Source: a virus (lineage: Duplodnaviria; Caudoviricetes). Taken from it: a DNA stretch of 64,000 nt. The notes under the pieces are model-generated. The model made no database searches. It had not been told where the DNA came from and saw only the letters and a program-made list of their open reading frames with translations. The stretch lies in the IMG/VR virus record IMGVR_UViG_3300028591_000084; one strand, written 5' to 3'. Of the stretch, positions 10,059 through 19,539 are shown in pieces (position 1 is the stretch's first letter; every line of letters begins with the position of its first letter). Both the position numbers and the translations under genes were made by a program.

Positions 10059-10382
10059 ATGGAGAATACACAGCAAACGCAACCCGAGAAGAAGTCTTGG
10101 GTGAAGAAGACGATCAGGGTAGTCGGTAAGGCTGCCTTGTTAGTAGGCGTAGGATACGTCTGCTACAAACAAGGGAAGGACAAGGAGTTCATTCCCGGGA
10201 CCTGTCGTAAGGTCAAAAGTACGGTCTTCCCAACTAGGGAGGCCGACCAGGCATTAGAGCCTGAGATGAGGTCAGAGGAGCCTGTAGCTGCTCCGACGAC
10301 AAGCGAGAGTTATCGCCAGGGTCAGAATGGTGGTTTTTACCGCCAAGGCCATGGCAAGTTCAACAACAACAGCAACAACTAA
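10059..10382 (+). CDS. N-terminally membrane-anchored hypothetical protein
   Basis: Hydrophobic VVGKAALLVGVGYVCY; locally GC-rich. Confidence 0.7.
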   Translation: MENTQQTQPEKKSWVKKTIRVVGKAALLVGVGYVCYKQGKDKEFIPGTCRKVKSTVFPTREADQALEPEMRSEEPVAAPTTSESYRQGQNGGFYRQGHGKFNNNSNN

Positions 10383-10387
10383 GTGTT

Positions 10388-10600
10388 ATGGAAAAGAAAG
10401 GTAATGGACTGAAAGTCCTGATAGGAACCGCTGCAGGTTTTGCAGTGGGATACTACTGGCCGAAGATCTCGGCCAGCGTGAGAGAGAAATACTCCCAGAT
10501 TAAGAATCAAGTTGAAGAAGCAAAGGTTGCCGCCACTAAGGCGGTGAACGAAGAAGCTTCTAAAGCTAAAGGCGCTGGTGAGGACAAGACGGAAGGATAA
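10388..10600 (+). CDS. small membrane-anchored coiled-coil protein (YtxH-like architecture)
   Basis: VLIGTAAGFAVGYYW followed by a charged helix. Confidence 0.7.
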   Translation: MEKKGNGLKVLIGTAAGFAVGYYWPKISASVREKYSQIKNQVEEAKVAATKAVNEEASKAKGAGEDKTEG

Positions 10601-10625
10601 TATTCTTCTGTAACACTTGTTGTTA

Positions 10626-10671
10626 GGAGAGGTAAGAGAGAATAAAATCTTGCCTCTCCTTTTATTTTTTT
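10626..10671 (+). terminator. intrinsic terminator
   Basis: ggagaggtaaga/tcttgcctctcc followed by T-tract. Confidence 0.8.
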
Positions 10672-10694
10672 TAAGAAAACAAAAAACTGAGGAA

Positions 10695-11303
10695 TTAATC
10701 CTCAGTTTTCTTTTCAAAATGCTTAATTAGGTCCGGGAAGCTGATCATAAAATTCCCAGTGTTCTTAGCTATTTCAGAGTCAAACCCGATATCAACTCTG
10801 AGATCCCCAGATTCTTTGTTATAAGAGTCCAGTGCACCATGAGTATGTCCAGCTATCATCCACGAACCTCTACTTTTATCTCTCCACGACAACAATGGAT
10901 AATGACTTAGTACTAGTTTATATATCTTCCCCTGATAGTCTACATTTATCTCCAGGATATCAGATATAAGACTAAACAAAGTACCCACATAAGATTTTTT
11001 ATAGACATTATAATTATCATGATTTCCCATGATTTTGTAGATTCGTTGTTTAGGTATTTCACTTATAATCCTTTTCATCTCTGTTTCTGATACTCCTTTC
11101 CAGAACAGATCTCCCAAGTCGAAGATTATATCTCCTTTCTTGGGTGTTGTCTTGAGAGTTTCTTCAATGTGTTTATTCATTCTATACACATTCTCAAATG
11201 GTCTTTCATTAAATCTAATAACATTTGCATGGTTGTAATGTAGGTCTGACATAAACCATAACATACAATCATCTGTTATTATAAAAGGTTCTACTATTTT
11301 CAT
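10695..11303 (-). CDS. calcineurin-like metallophosphoesterase
   Basis: SDLH, LGD, GNHD, SHYP, GHTH motifs. Confidence 0.92.
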   Translation of the reverse strand: MKIVEPFIITDDCMLWFMSDLHYNHANVIRFNERPFENVYRMNKHIEETLKTTPKKGDIIFDLGDLFWKGVSETEMKRIISEIPKQRIYKIMGNHDNYNVYKKSYVGTLFSLISDILEINVDYQGKIYKLVLSHYPLLSWRDKSRGSWMIAGHTHGALDSYNKESGDLRVDIGFDSEIAKNTGNFMISFPDLIKHFEKKTED

Positions 11304-11378
11304 TTTTAATATAATTTCAAGCCAATTAATAATTATTCTTCTGGCGGGTCGTGCATGTTATTGCTTCATCTTCTTTAT

Positions 11379-11894
11379 TTACCAGACTTCAACGACATTA
11401 CCCTTCTTTCTGAGCCACCAGATTGGTTCTCCTTTTCCATCATTGCCTCGATAGATAGGTGTGTTCATTGGAAGTCCTGGATCAGCTGGTCTATTCCAAG
11501 GATAATCTCCATAGGCATAACCATTATTATCCGGTTGAACCGCCATATTTTCATAATATTTCGGGTCAAACATTTTGTTAATACAACTAATAACTGATCC
11601 AATACCACTAATAACAGCAATAAGACTACCAATAACTGATTGACCAATCCTTAATCCTCTAACAATCTTTTCACTAGTAGGTTTCTTTTCTTGTTTAGGC
11701 TGTTCTTCTTCCTGCACAATAGGTGATTCTTCTGGCGGAGGTATCTGATTACAATCTTTGTCCTCACTCGAATCCCCTGTAGTCTTCTTTTCATCAAAAA
11801 GTTTAGTAATGCCGGAATAAATAGCAGCAGTACCCGCCAAGGCTAAGATTAACTTCAATCCTACCTTAGCTACTTCAGAATAATCGATTTTCAT
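11379..11894 (-). CDS. membrane protein, hypothetical
   Basis: Two hydrophobic segments; promoter motif upstream. Confidence 0.75.
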   Translation of the reverse strand: MKIDYSEVAKVGLKLILALAGTAAIYSGITKLFDEKKTTGDSSEDKDCNQIPPPEESPIVQEEEQPKQEKKPTSEKIVRGLRIGQSVIGSLIAVISGIGSVISCINKMFDPKYYENMAVQPDNNGYAYGDYPWNRPADPGLPMNTPIYRGNDGKGEPIWWLRKKGNVVEVW

Positions 11895-11952
11895 TGGCTT
11901 TATTTTATTAAATTACAAAATTATTCTAAATAAAATTTTAGTTTAATTTTCA

Positions 11953-11997
11953 CAGATATAAGGAAATAGAGGGTATCCCCTTAAGTCCTTACTACTG
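11953..11997. promoter_or_regulatory. back-to-back divergent phage promoters
   Basis: Minus: CCC-tctattt-CCTTAtatcTG. Plus: CCC-cttaagt-CCTTActacTG, 3 nt before ATG 12001. Confidence 0.75.
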
Positions 11998-12000
11998 AAT

Positions 12001-12195
12001 ATGATTTTATTTTTAAGTATTTATTTAATTATTGGAGTTCTTATTGCGTTTGTAGCGTATAAGTTATTTTTCCTTGTCCCCCTTAATCGTAAGTTTTTGA
12101 TTTTAGGTGGAATAGTGTTTGGCTGGCCTTTAGCCGTAATAACCATCTTAATTGTAGCCTTAATCGTCGTCTATTTTGTTCTTAAAAGGAGATGA
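12001..12195 (+). CDS. small two-TM membrane protein
   Basis: Hydrophobic 64 aa with FGWP. Confidence 0.7.
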   Translation: MILFLSIYLIIGVLIAFVAYKLFFLVPLNRKFLILGGIVFGWPLAVITILIVALIVVYFVLKRR

Positions 12196-12476
12196 ATACT
12201 CAGATTTATGATAAGGTAGTTAATACGAGAAAAGCCTGGGAATATTACAAAAGCAGGCTTAATTCTATTATAGGAGAAATTAATCGAATGAGACTCTTAG
12301 TTGATCAAGCCCCAAAGGCAAATAATGCTAATGAATTGTTTAATCTTGAGAGAATCAAACGTGAAATACACAGAAAGAAGGTTGAGAGAAGAATTTTTAA
12401 CAAGAGATGTAAATTCTGGAAGAAGGAATTTAAGTTAGCCTTATTCTGGTGGGATCTTCGGGAGAAAAAGAATTAA
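12192..12476 (+). CDS. hypothetical basic coiled-coil protein
   Basis: ATGA overlap, 94 aa. Confidence 0.7.
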   Translation: MNTQIYDKVVNTRKAWEYYKSRLNSIIGEINRMRLLVDQAPKANNANELFNLERIKREIHRKKVERRIFNKRCKFWKKEFKLALFWWDLREKKN

Positions 12477-12477
12477 A

Positions 12478-12498
12478 CCCGTTAAATCCTTATGTTTG
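12478..12498 (+). promoter_or_regulatory. phage promoter motif
   Basis: CCC-gttaaat-CCTTAtgttTG. Confidence 0.75.
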
Positions 12499-12528
12499 AT
12501 AAAATTTTTTAAACTTAAACTTAAAATT

Positions 12529-12786
12529 ATGGAAAAAATTGAAAAAATCCGATTAGAAATCGAGAGACACACTAATGTGTCAAAAAAACTGTTTTCCGTA
12601 GCCGATGGTGTAGGCTACGTTGGAAAAATTATCACAACAGGCGGGATCGCCCTGTTAATGGTTGGCGGAATTGCCGCTATTGGAGCAGACGTTGCTGCTC
12701 AACTTGCGTCAAGAAAGCGCAGAAAGTTTGTCTCTCTGCAAAGAGAGGCTAGAGTTAATAATATTAAAATAAAGAATGATGAATAA
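12529..12786 (+). CDS. membrane-associated hypothetical protein (start revised to MEKIEK)
   Basis: Gly-rich hydrophobic segment; the track TTG start lies inside the promoter. Confidence 0.7.
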   Translation: MEKIEKIRLEIERHTNVSKKLFSVADGVGYVGKIITTGGIALLMVGGIAAIGADVAAQLASRKRRKFVSLQREARVNNIKIKNDE

Positions 12787-13027
12787 TCTAATAAACGTAC
12801 TAAACTTTAACCGGTTGTTCGAGAAAAACGAAGACCCTTCTTCTATTTCAGGCAATTTTGCCCGAACCCATGTTGAAGGGCCAATGAAGATGATGGTTGG
12901 GGCTATCACCCTTCTAGCCGTGTCGAATATTATCATATCGGCAGTCTTCAGGACTACATCCGGAATGGCGGATGCAGATAGCAATCGCCAAGTGATGAGA
13001 AACAACAACAAGTTTAACAGGAGATAA
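12776..13027 (+). CDS. membrane-associated hypothetical protein
   Basis: Hydrophobic MMVGAITLLAVSNIIISAVF. Confidence 0.65.
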   Translation: MMNNLINVLNFNRLFEKNEDPSSISGNFARTHVEGPMKMMVGAITLLAVSNIIISAVFRTTSGMADADSNRQVMRNNNKFNRR

Positions 13028-13072
13028 TAATGTAATATAGAGTGTTACAGAACCCTAAACACAGTTTGTTAT

Positions 13073-14203
13073 ATGAAGAATAAGAAAATGTGGACAGGCG
13101 TAGGCATTATCGTGGCCGGCGTCGCAGTCGGGATGTGGATTTATAAGTCCATAAAAAAGACTGAAAAAAAAGTTGCGAAAAGAGCAGCAAGTATGGATGA
13201 GTTCAACCCAGAAGTTCTTGATGAAGAACTTGGAGAAACAGAACCAACTCCATCACCATCAGTTACCACAGAGAGTGATGTAACTGAAGAGAAAACTAAC
13301 TTGACTCAAGAAATTTTTGAGTCATGCGTAGAAAACAGCATAGCCCCAGAAGAGTCATTTAAGGCTACTGATTTCTGGCCAACGACAGGCTCTGAGGACA
13401 GAGTTCATATCGTTGAGAGAGAATACAGGGGCAATAAGATAGTGGACCTCTTGTTTGAGGTTCCTCATACGGCCCTTGGGGATCCTAAAGATCCAAGAAC
13501 ATCGAGAGATTACAACATAAAAGACTTCTCTCGAGTAATAAAAGGAGAATACAAAGAAGGTCGGCAGGTCTCAGAAGGAATTGTAGGCGACTTGGCGAAC
13601 GAAATCATAAATGGTCTTGGCTTCTCTGTAAAACAAGACCACAGTTCTCCTCTATTTGAGACAATGATAGAGGGATATTATTTAACAAACGGAAAAATCC
13701 AGGAAAAGGATGGATCTGTTGAGTCTACCGGATGGATTCAAAGAATCCCGAAGGAGGACTATCAATCCTCTGCGTTTAGAGAAGGTTTTAACCTTCAGAA
13801 GAAACGTAAGGTGACGGAGTATGTCTATGACCTACAGAATGCGTTGTCTGCTGGGAAAGAGGTCAGAATGACAGAAACGGATGATGGAGTCTTTGATGTA
13901 AAAGTTATAGACTCATTCGCGGCCATCAGGGTATCTTTCTGGGTACAAGATGGACCCGGACAGATAGGTGTCAACGCAAAGTCTGGACTGGCATTAGTTG
14001 ATTGGATTTATAAGAATCTGGTCATTAATGTTGACGTTCCTGGCCGTACTACAAAGGAGTGGAGGTATAACAAATTCTTGTTCCACGTTCCTGACACGGT
14101 TGGGACCTATGAGAGCCAAGTCTATAGCTATGTTATAGACCCGGAAGATGGCAAGTTTGAAACGCTTAAGGTAAACATCTTGGGCGAGGAGATTGACGCG
14201 TAA
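13073..14203 (+). CDS. N-terminally anchored hypothetical protein
   Basis: 376 aa; N-terminal TM, acidic linker, globular C-terminus. Confidence 0.85.
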   Translation: MKNKKMWTGVGIIVAGVAVGMWIYKSIKKTEKKVAKRAASMDEFNPEVLDEELGETEPTPSPSVTTESDVTEEKTNLTQEIFESCVENSIAPEESFKATDFWPTTGSEDRVHIVEREYRGNKIVDLLFEVPHTALGDPKDPRTSRDYNIKDFSRVIKGEYKEGRQVSEGIVGDLANEIINGLGFSVKQDHSSPLFETMIEGYYLTNGKIQEKDGSVESTGWIQRIPKEDYQSSAFREGFNLQKKRKVTEYVYDLQNALSAGKEVRMTETDDGVFDVKVIDSFAAIRVSFWVQDGPGQIGVNAKSGLALVDWIYKNLVINVDVPGRTTKEWRYNKFLFHVPDTVGTYESQVYSYVIDPEDGKFETLKVNILGEEIDA

Positions 14204-14208
14204 TAAGA

Positions 14209-14258
14209 TAAAAAAGAAAAGGCGGAGATGTAAAAGTCTCTACCTTTCTTTTTTTTTT
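14209..14258. terminator. bidirectional terminator between convergent genes
   Basis: A-tract, aggcggaga/tctctacct hairpin, T-tract. Confidence 0.75.
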
Positions 14259-14442
14259 AATTTCGGAGCAATAAGAGTTTCTTCCCTAATCGCCCCTTAT
14301 AAACGATCGTATCATATTTTGACATATCTCCCAGTTTAAAACCAAAAGATCCTATCTCAATATCATCAATCTTAACATCTTTCTTCTTACATTCTAGTTC
14401 TGAATCTTCTAGAATTAGTAAGTTTGAAGTTCTCCTAATCAT
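14257..14442 (-). CDS. hypothetical protein
   Basis: 61 aa ORF in operon. Confidence 0.65.
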   Translation of the reverse strand: MIRRTSNLLILEDSELECKKKDVKIDDIEIGSFGFKLGDMSKYDTIVYKGRLGKKLLLLRN

Positions 14443-14445
14443 TTC

Positions 14446-15075
14446 TTACATCAAAATCTCAACTACTTTATTTCTATCGCCGTCCAGTTCTTTAGTTCTA
14501 CTTCCTGACATAATCTCTTTTGGTTTCTCAGTAGGACTAATAGTGAAACTGTCCAGGTTATACTTACCTACAATCCCACGATACATAGAGGTCTTGATAG
14601 TATCAGCGAAATTGAAGAGCTTATCATTCTTAGACTTATTTCTGATATTATTCCAGAGATTATTGATCACTTCCTCAATCTCTTTAAGGTCAGATCTCCT
14701 ATTTTCTGAATCTTTAACTTCATTAATTATCTGAACCATCTTTCTCATAATACAGATTATTGTGTCTGCCTCTGATAACCTCTTTTCTACTAATCTCTTA
14801 TATTCTCTTTGAAAAACTGGCTTAAGAAGGAATAAGACTTTTCCAAAACAAACCATTTCTTCATTACTGACATTTTTATTGATCTTGTTAAAGGCAATAG
14901 CAATCTTCTCCATATAAGTATTGATTACACCAAAATAACGACCCTCCTTCTTTAGGTGGTCTTTTAGATCTTGATATAAAAACTCAAGAATGTCAACTAA
15001 ACAGAGAGCATAATACTGGGTGTCAATAGTCTCATTCTGATTAACTCTCTGATCAATACTGAATCTCTTTTTCAT
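14446..15075 (-). CDS. hypothetical protein
   Basis: 209 aa ORF; promoter motif at 15098..15118. Confidence 0.8.
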   Translation of the reverse strand: MKKRFSIDQRVNQNETIDTQYYALCLVDILEFLYQDLKDHLKKEGRYFGVINTYMEKIAIAFNKINKNVSNEEMVCFGKVLFLLKPVFQREYKRLVEKRLSEADTIICIMRKMVQIINEVKDSENRRSDLKEIEEVINNLWNNIRNKSKNDKLFNFADTIKTSMYRGIVGKYNLDSFTISPTEKPKEIMSGSRTKELDGDRNKVVEILM

Positions 15076-15097
15076 TTTTTATTTTAGGTTTATAATA

Positions 15098-15156
15098 CAT
15101 CAGTAAGGATTTTACCCCTATTTCACTTTTCTTTTCCCTCTTAACCCTTATTTTTG
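15098..15156. promoter_or_regulatory. divergent phage promoters
   Basis: Minus: aaatCCTTActgaTG. Plus: CCC-tcttaac-CCTTAttttTG-at-ATG. Confidence 0.7.
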
Positions 15157-15158
15157 AT

Positions 15159-15767
15159 ATGAGTATATCTAAAAAAGATAAGAATACTATTGTATACAAG
15201 TGGTTTAAGTCCTCCGAGAACTATAAAATTTTGGGGGACTTAAATAAGAAAATTACGTCAACAATTGAGGATTTTTGTGAACGCTGTTTAACGATAGAAG
15301 AATTGAGCTTTCTTAATTGGGTTAGAGAGGATCCTAGTAGAAAGGATTATCTAAAGACTCAATTAACCCCTATAAACGCCCTTTCGTTATTCAACTATTA
15401 TGGTCTTCCAATAAAAAATATTGAAACTCTCAAAAATAATAGGTACTATGATTCAATGAAGAGTAGGGTTAGCTTTATGGATGATCAAGACTTTTATGAA
15501 ATTAGACAGGAACTGTACACTTTTAACGTTAAATCTGGTCTACCAGTATTAATAACAGAGGGTTCTATGGAGTTATTTAAGGGTTTTCAGAAATTAATTT
15601 TTAAAACTGAATATGAAGAGCTAAAGTCCTTAGTAACTAAATATTGGTCTCACTTAGGACAGGCCTACCTAAATCTTCGGTCTTTATCGGAGGTTTTATT
15701 GGATAAAGACTGTCGGATTGATCTTCTTGAACGACATTTTCCTGAATTGTTGAACTATGATAAATGA
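15159..15767 (+). CDS. hypothetical protein, family A copy 1
   Basis: Similar to 16298..16891 (IVYKWFKSSENYK / ILYNYLVTSEEYK; KDYLK / KNYLK). Confidence 0.8.
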   Translation: MSISKKDKNTIVYKWFKSSENYKILGDLNKKITSTIEDFCERCLTIEELSFLNWVREDPSRKDYLKTQLTPINALSLFNYYGLPIKNIETLKNNRYYDSMKSRVSFMDDQDFYEIRQELYTFNVKSGLPVLITEGSMELFKGFQKLIFKTEYEELKSLVTKYWSHLGQAYLNLRSLSEVLLDKDCRIDLLERHFPELLNYDK

Positions 15768-16317
15768 TAATTATAAAGATTATAGACTATCTGTTAAAGA
15801 TAACTATTTTATTAGAAGCCACCTTAGTAAGGTCAGTAACTTAGAATCCGCCATTAAAAATTTTGATGACTTCTTAATTGAAAAAATAAAGGAGCGGATT
15901 GACCCAAGGTTGTTATTCTTAGCAAAAGGGGCTACCAGAATTCTTAATTGTCCTAATTTAATATCTATTACTATCTTAGTCGATTCTGAGAAGGCGACAT
16001 ATACAATTATTAATAATGATTTTCTTCCTGTTAGTTCAGATAAAATGATTATTAAGTTAGATAGTACTGAAGATATTGATAAATATAGAGAACTTCTTAA
16101 AAATATAGAGGGTTGTCATAAAGAGGACGAATTTAACTGGTTTGAATTCTTAGGTGATGCTGCTAGAGAATTATCAAGTGATGATATTCATACTCTCGTT
16201 AAATTCATGGGTTTAAGTGAAGAGGATGTTTTTGCAGCTGGAGAACCTAATGAAGGGTTGATAGTAGATAAATTAATTAACTTAAAGAAAATATTAAATG
16301 ATATCGGGGAAGCATAG
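15757..16317 (+). CDS. hypothetical protein, family B copy 1
   Basis: Similar to 16888..17565 (RLSVKD / KLSIQD; RIDP / RYDP). Confidence 0.8.
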   Translation: MINDNYKDYRLSVKDNYFIRSHLSKVSNLESAIKNFDDFLIEKIKERIDPRLLFLAKGATRILNCPNLISITILVDSEKATYTIINNDFLPVSSDKMIIKLDSTEDIDKYRELLKNIEGCHKEDEFNWFEFLGDAARELSSDDIHTLVKFMGLSEEDVFAAGEPNEGLIVDKLINLKKILNDIGEA

Positions 16318-16891
16318 GTATAATATTTTGTATAATTACCTGGTTACATCAGAAGAATATAAGGAGTTAATAAAATTAAAACAAGAACTTAAGAATAAAA
16401 TTATTGAATATTCTGTTAAGTCTCTAACTGACGGTGAGCGCAAGTATTATGATCTTGTCAAGGATCGTAGGGATATTAAGAACTATCTTAAGTTACAGCC
16501 TGCGTCTCTTGATATACTTAGTTTGTGGAGATGGCTTTTACCTTTGTCGAAGCGACTTAATACTAAGACCCTATACGATATTGTACATTATCATGAAACT
16601 AAAGGGGGAGCACTAATCTATCTGTTTGATACTTCTAGGATGAGTAGAATTCGTAAAGAGTTGACAAGGATAGACAATATACCCCCTGGTCTCCCACTTT
16701 TTGTTAGTCTTAATTCCGTACCTACAGAAACAAAAGAGATGGAGGAGTTTACAGCCTTAGTAGATAATTACTATAAGAAACTCCTAGGGGTTCATACTAC
16801 TTTAGTGAAGATTTCTCAAACACTACTATTGCCCGGATTAGGACTGAGGATGTTAAGATTAGAATTTAAAGAACTTTACGACTTAAGATGA
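16298..16891 (+). CDS. hypothetical protein, family A copy 2
   Basis: See 15159..15767. Confidence 0.8.
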   Translation: MISGKHRYNILYNYLVTSEEYKELIKLKQELKNKIIEYSVKSLTDGERKYYDLVKDRRDIKNYLKLQPASLDILSLWRWLLPLSKRLNTKTLYDIVHYHETKGGALIYLFDTSRMSRIRKELTRIDNIPPGLPLFVSLNSVPTETKEMEEFTALVDNYYKKLLGVHTTLVKISQTLLLPGLGLRMLRLEFKELYDLR

Positions 16892-17565
16892 AAAAACTAG
16901 TTAGTAAATTTGCTAATACGAAGTTATCTATACAGGATAGACTTTATGCTTATCGACTTTATATTAATAAAAATGAAGACAAAAAAGAGCTTGATACTCT
17001 GTTTGATGCCTTAACTAATCTAACTCGGGAATATCTTGCAAGTAGATATGATCCAGTAATTTACAAAGCTAGTCAAGAGGCTAGAAGGATAGTACCCAAA
17101 GATACTATTCACACTAAAATAGTATTTCAACTAGTACCTGGACAAAACTCTGTAATTCCTATAGCTTTATCGAATAGTAAAGATGTTGCAGTATTGCCCT
17201 TTTCCAGAGAAAACTACAATCTAAATATTGATCCTCTTGGCATTCTTTCTATATGTCCTGATACTTTTGAGGATAAAATTTTAAGAGATAAATTTATTTC
17301 TCTGGCTCAGACTTACGTGAAAGTAAAAGAAAAAATATATCAATATAATATTAAGTATGGACAGTCTTATAGAGATTTCTTAGGACTTAAAGCTACATAT
17401 AAGACATTATTTGAATTTAATGAGGAGATATTTGAAGAAGTAATTAAAAAATCTGGAAAATCGCTTGAGAAGGTTTATTTGGGTGAAAATAATCCTGAAT
17501 TAGATCAGTTGGAAGTTCAGGAGGCTTTAGATAGTCTAAAAAAATTAAAAGATTATTTGAAATAA
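16888..17565 (+). CDS. hypothetical protein, family B copy 2
   Basis: See 15757..16317. Confidence 0.8.
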   Translation: MKKLVSKFANTKLSIQDRLYAYRLYINKNEDKKELDTLFDALTNLTREYLASRYDPVIYKASQEARRIVPKDTIHTKIVFQLVPGQNSVIPIALSNSKDVAVLPFSRENYNLNIDPLGILSICPDTFEDKILRDKFISLAQTYVKVKEKIYQYNIKYGQSYRDFLGLKATYKTLFEFNEEIFEEVIKKSGKSLEKVYLGENNPELDQLEVQEALDSLKKLKDYLK

Positions 17566-17569
17566 AACT

Positions 17570-17611
17570 AAAGAGAAGAGAATGGTTTAAGTTCTCTCCT
17601 CTTTTTTTTTT
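17570..17611. terminator. bidirectional terminator
   Basis: aagagaagagaa/ttctctcctctt followed by T-tract. Confidence 0.7.
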
Positions 17612-18254
17612 ACTCATTCTCGGTCCTTATTCTATGACCGCAAGTACAATCTGGTTCATTTGATAAACTAGCTCTCCAGGAAGCAGTAGTTGAATAAGCA
17701 TTATAGCCATAATCAAATTTACTATATTCCTCATCTTCAGCGTAAACATGGCCACTATTATAGGCCTCCCAATCTTTATAGGTTTCGCCTGGAGGACATA
17801 AACATCCACAGCCCTGTTTAACTGGCTGGTATAAGAGACTAGCATATTGTAACTTAAGTCTAGTTACAAGACAAGACATTACATTAGTCCAGCAGAAGAT
17901 AAAGCGGTCTTGTTCATAGGCAACGATAGTATAGTCATCAGATTCTTCCTCTTCACCCTCGTCAGCCTCGATAACCCCAATTTCTTCAGCCAGAGTTTGA
18001 CCCATTAAGGTTACAATCTTATCTGAACCTTCATCAAAGATGTCAAAAATCTTGTTAAGTTTCTCTAGGATCTCAGCATCATCTCCCAGCTTAATGAGTT
18101 CTGTGTTGAGATATTTGAGGATCTTAGTCAGGTATGGACCAAGTTCTTCTCTGATGAGATAGTCTACTTTTCCAATACCTAGTTGTCTCATTACTCCGTC
18201 TTGGGCAGCTTTAAATTCATAATACCCACTAGTTTCATTCCACTTCATTACCAC
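17610..18254 (-). CDS. hypothetical protein with Cys-rich C-terminus
   Basis: 214 aa; GCGCLC, CTCG. Confidence 0.8.
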   Translation of the reverse strand: MVMKWNETSGYYEFKAAQDGVMRQLGIGKVDYLIREELGPYLTKILKYLNTELIKLGDDAEILEKLNKIFDIFDEGSDKIVTLMGQTLAEEIGVIEADEGEEEESDDYTIVAYEQDRFIFCWTNVMSCLVTRLKLQYASLLYQPVKQGCGCLCPPGETYKDWEAYNSGHVYAEDEEYSKFDYGYNAYSTTASWRASLSNEPDCTCGHRIRTENE

Positions 18255-18598
18255 TCTCCTCCGTCAATACGATCATTAAGTGTGACTACCCAATTATTAT
18301 CAGAGTTCCAATCGAGATCGCCAGTACTATTACCACTAAATACCCACTGCGTCCATATTCCACCTTCCTGTCTAAAGATTAACTTAAATCCACTAGCTCT
18401 TCTGGTTACTGGAACTAAGGCTCTAGCGGTGGAAAGTGTATAGGCATTGTTAGGAGTATTCAATTCCAAGTTTACATTCATTCCTGACTTTTGCAGAATA
18501 TTTATTGCATCAACCAGTTCATTTACCTTATCTACGATACTATTGAGATCGCTGCTTGATAAACCTCCTGGCGCAAATCTTACTGTAAGCTTTTCCAT
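18248..18598 (-). CDS. possible virion/tail-associated protein
   Basis: YTLSTARALVP..R..G....W..W.FSG....W...NW resembles a domain I recall from Bacteroides phage tail proteins (not verified). Confidence 0.55.
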   Translation of the reverse strand: MEKLTVRFAPGGLSSSDLNSIVDKVNELVDAINILQKSGMNVNLELNTPNNAYTLSTARALVPVTRRASGFKLIFRQEGGIWTQWVFSGNSTGDLDWNSDNNWVVTLNDRIDGGEW

Positions 18599-18741
18599 TA
18601 CGTCAAAATTATAGAATCGATATCACCTAAATCTCCCTTATTAGGTCTCTTAGGTTTCTTAGTAAGCATAACAATTCCCCTTGGCTTAGGTTTAGGCTGG
18701 ACCAGGGACATTTGTGCTGGATTTTTTATTTTTCTGCTCAT
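18598..18741 (-). CDS. small basic protein (47 aa, below track threshold)
   Basis: MSRKIKNPAQMSLVQPKPKPRG...IILT; ATGA overlap upstream and TAATG overlap downstream. Confidence 0.65.
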   Translation of the reverse strand: MSRKIKNPAQMSLVQPKPKPRGIVMLTKKPKRPNKGDLGDIDSIILT

Positions 18742-19082
18742 ACTACTATCTCAATATCTTTAAGGGTGAAATATCTATCAGTAATCTCCTCAAAAGATAT
18801 CAAAGTTATAGTTTTTCCATCTACTGATATTCTAAAAGAGATTGCTGATATTGTGAATCCTTTTTGAACTGAATTTTCTTGAGTCTTCTTACCATCTTTA
18901 AAAGAAATAACTCCTGTAACAGTCTTTTTCTCCAGTCCTTTGATATTGTGCATTGTTCCTGATCTGATATATGCTTTCTTACCTATCAAATCTTCTATGG
19001 AATAGAGTCTTACTTGTTCTGGGATATCGATTCTCCTTTCATTATTATTACAAATTCCCTTACTCATTCTCTCCTTTAGCAA
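18738..19082 (-). CDS. hypothetical protein
   Basis: 114 aa ORF in operon. Confidence 0.7.
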   Translation of the reverse strand: MLKERMSKGICNNNERRIDIPEQVRLYSIEDLIGKKAYIRSGTMHNIKGLEKKTVTGVISFKDGKKTQENSVQKGFTISAISFRISVDGKTITLISFEEITDRYFTLKDIEIVV

Positions 19083-19539
19083 GTTTATCAGTTATCCCAT
19101 TCCAATAAGCATCAATACTAATAGCACTATTCTGATGTCCTTTAACCCACTCAAACTTAATCTTTCCAGTCAAGTTTTTTATTTTTATTAGGTTATCGAT
19201 AGATTGCTTAATAATTTTGATGTATGGCTCTTTAATTTTCCAGGACCCCTCATTCCAGCACTTAACTCCTTGATAATCAGCAAAGATAATTACTTGCTTG
19301 ACTTCTTTAGGAATATTAAACTTTTTTAAAGCGAAGTAGGCACCCAACATTTCAGCTGTTGGATTTGATACTTTAGTAGTTCCAAGGAAGTTCTGGAGAT
19401 ATCTGGGAGTTAATTCCTCGCTAAACTTATCGATCAGTTTACCAGTATCTCCATTGATCATAACTCCTCCACAGCCTAATCTTCCATTATTCTGTTTATC
19501 TAAGTGGGATCCGTCTGTGTATATTTTTACTAGGTTCAT
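19060..19539 (-). CDS. rnhA: ribonuclease HI
   Basis: IYTDGS, NPTAEM, FADYQG, WVKGH, NxxxDKLA. Confidence 0.93.
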   Translation of the reverse strand: MNLVKIYTDGSHLDKQNNGRLGCGGVMINGDTGKLIDKFSEELTPRYLQNFLGTTKVSNPTAEMLGAYFALKKFNIPKEVKQVIIFADYQGVKCWNEGSWKIKEPYIKIIKQSIDNLIKIKNLTGKIKFEWVKGHQNSAISIDAYWNGITDKLAKGENE

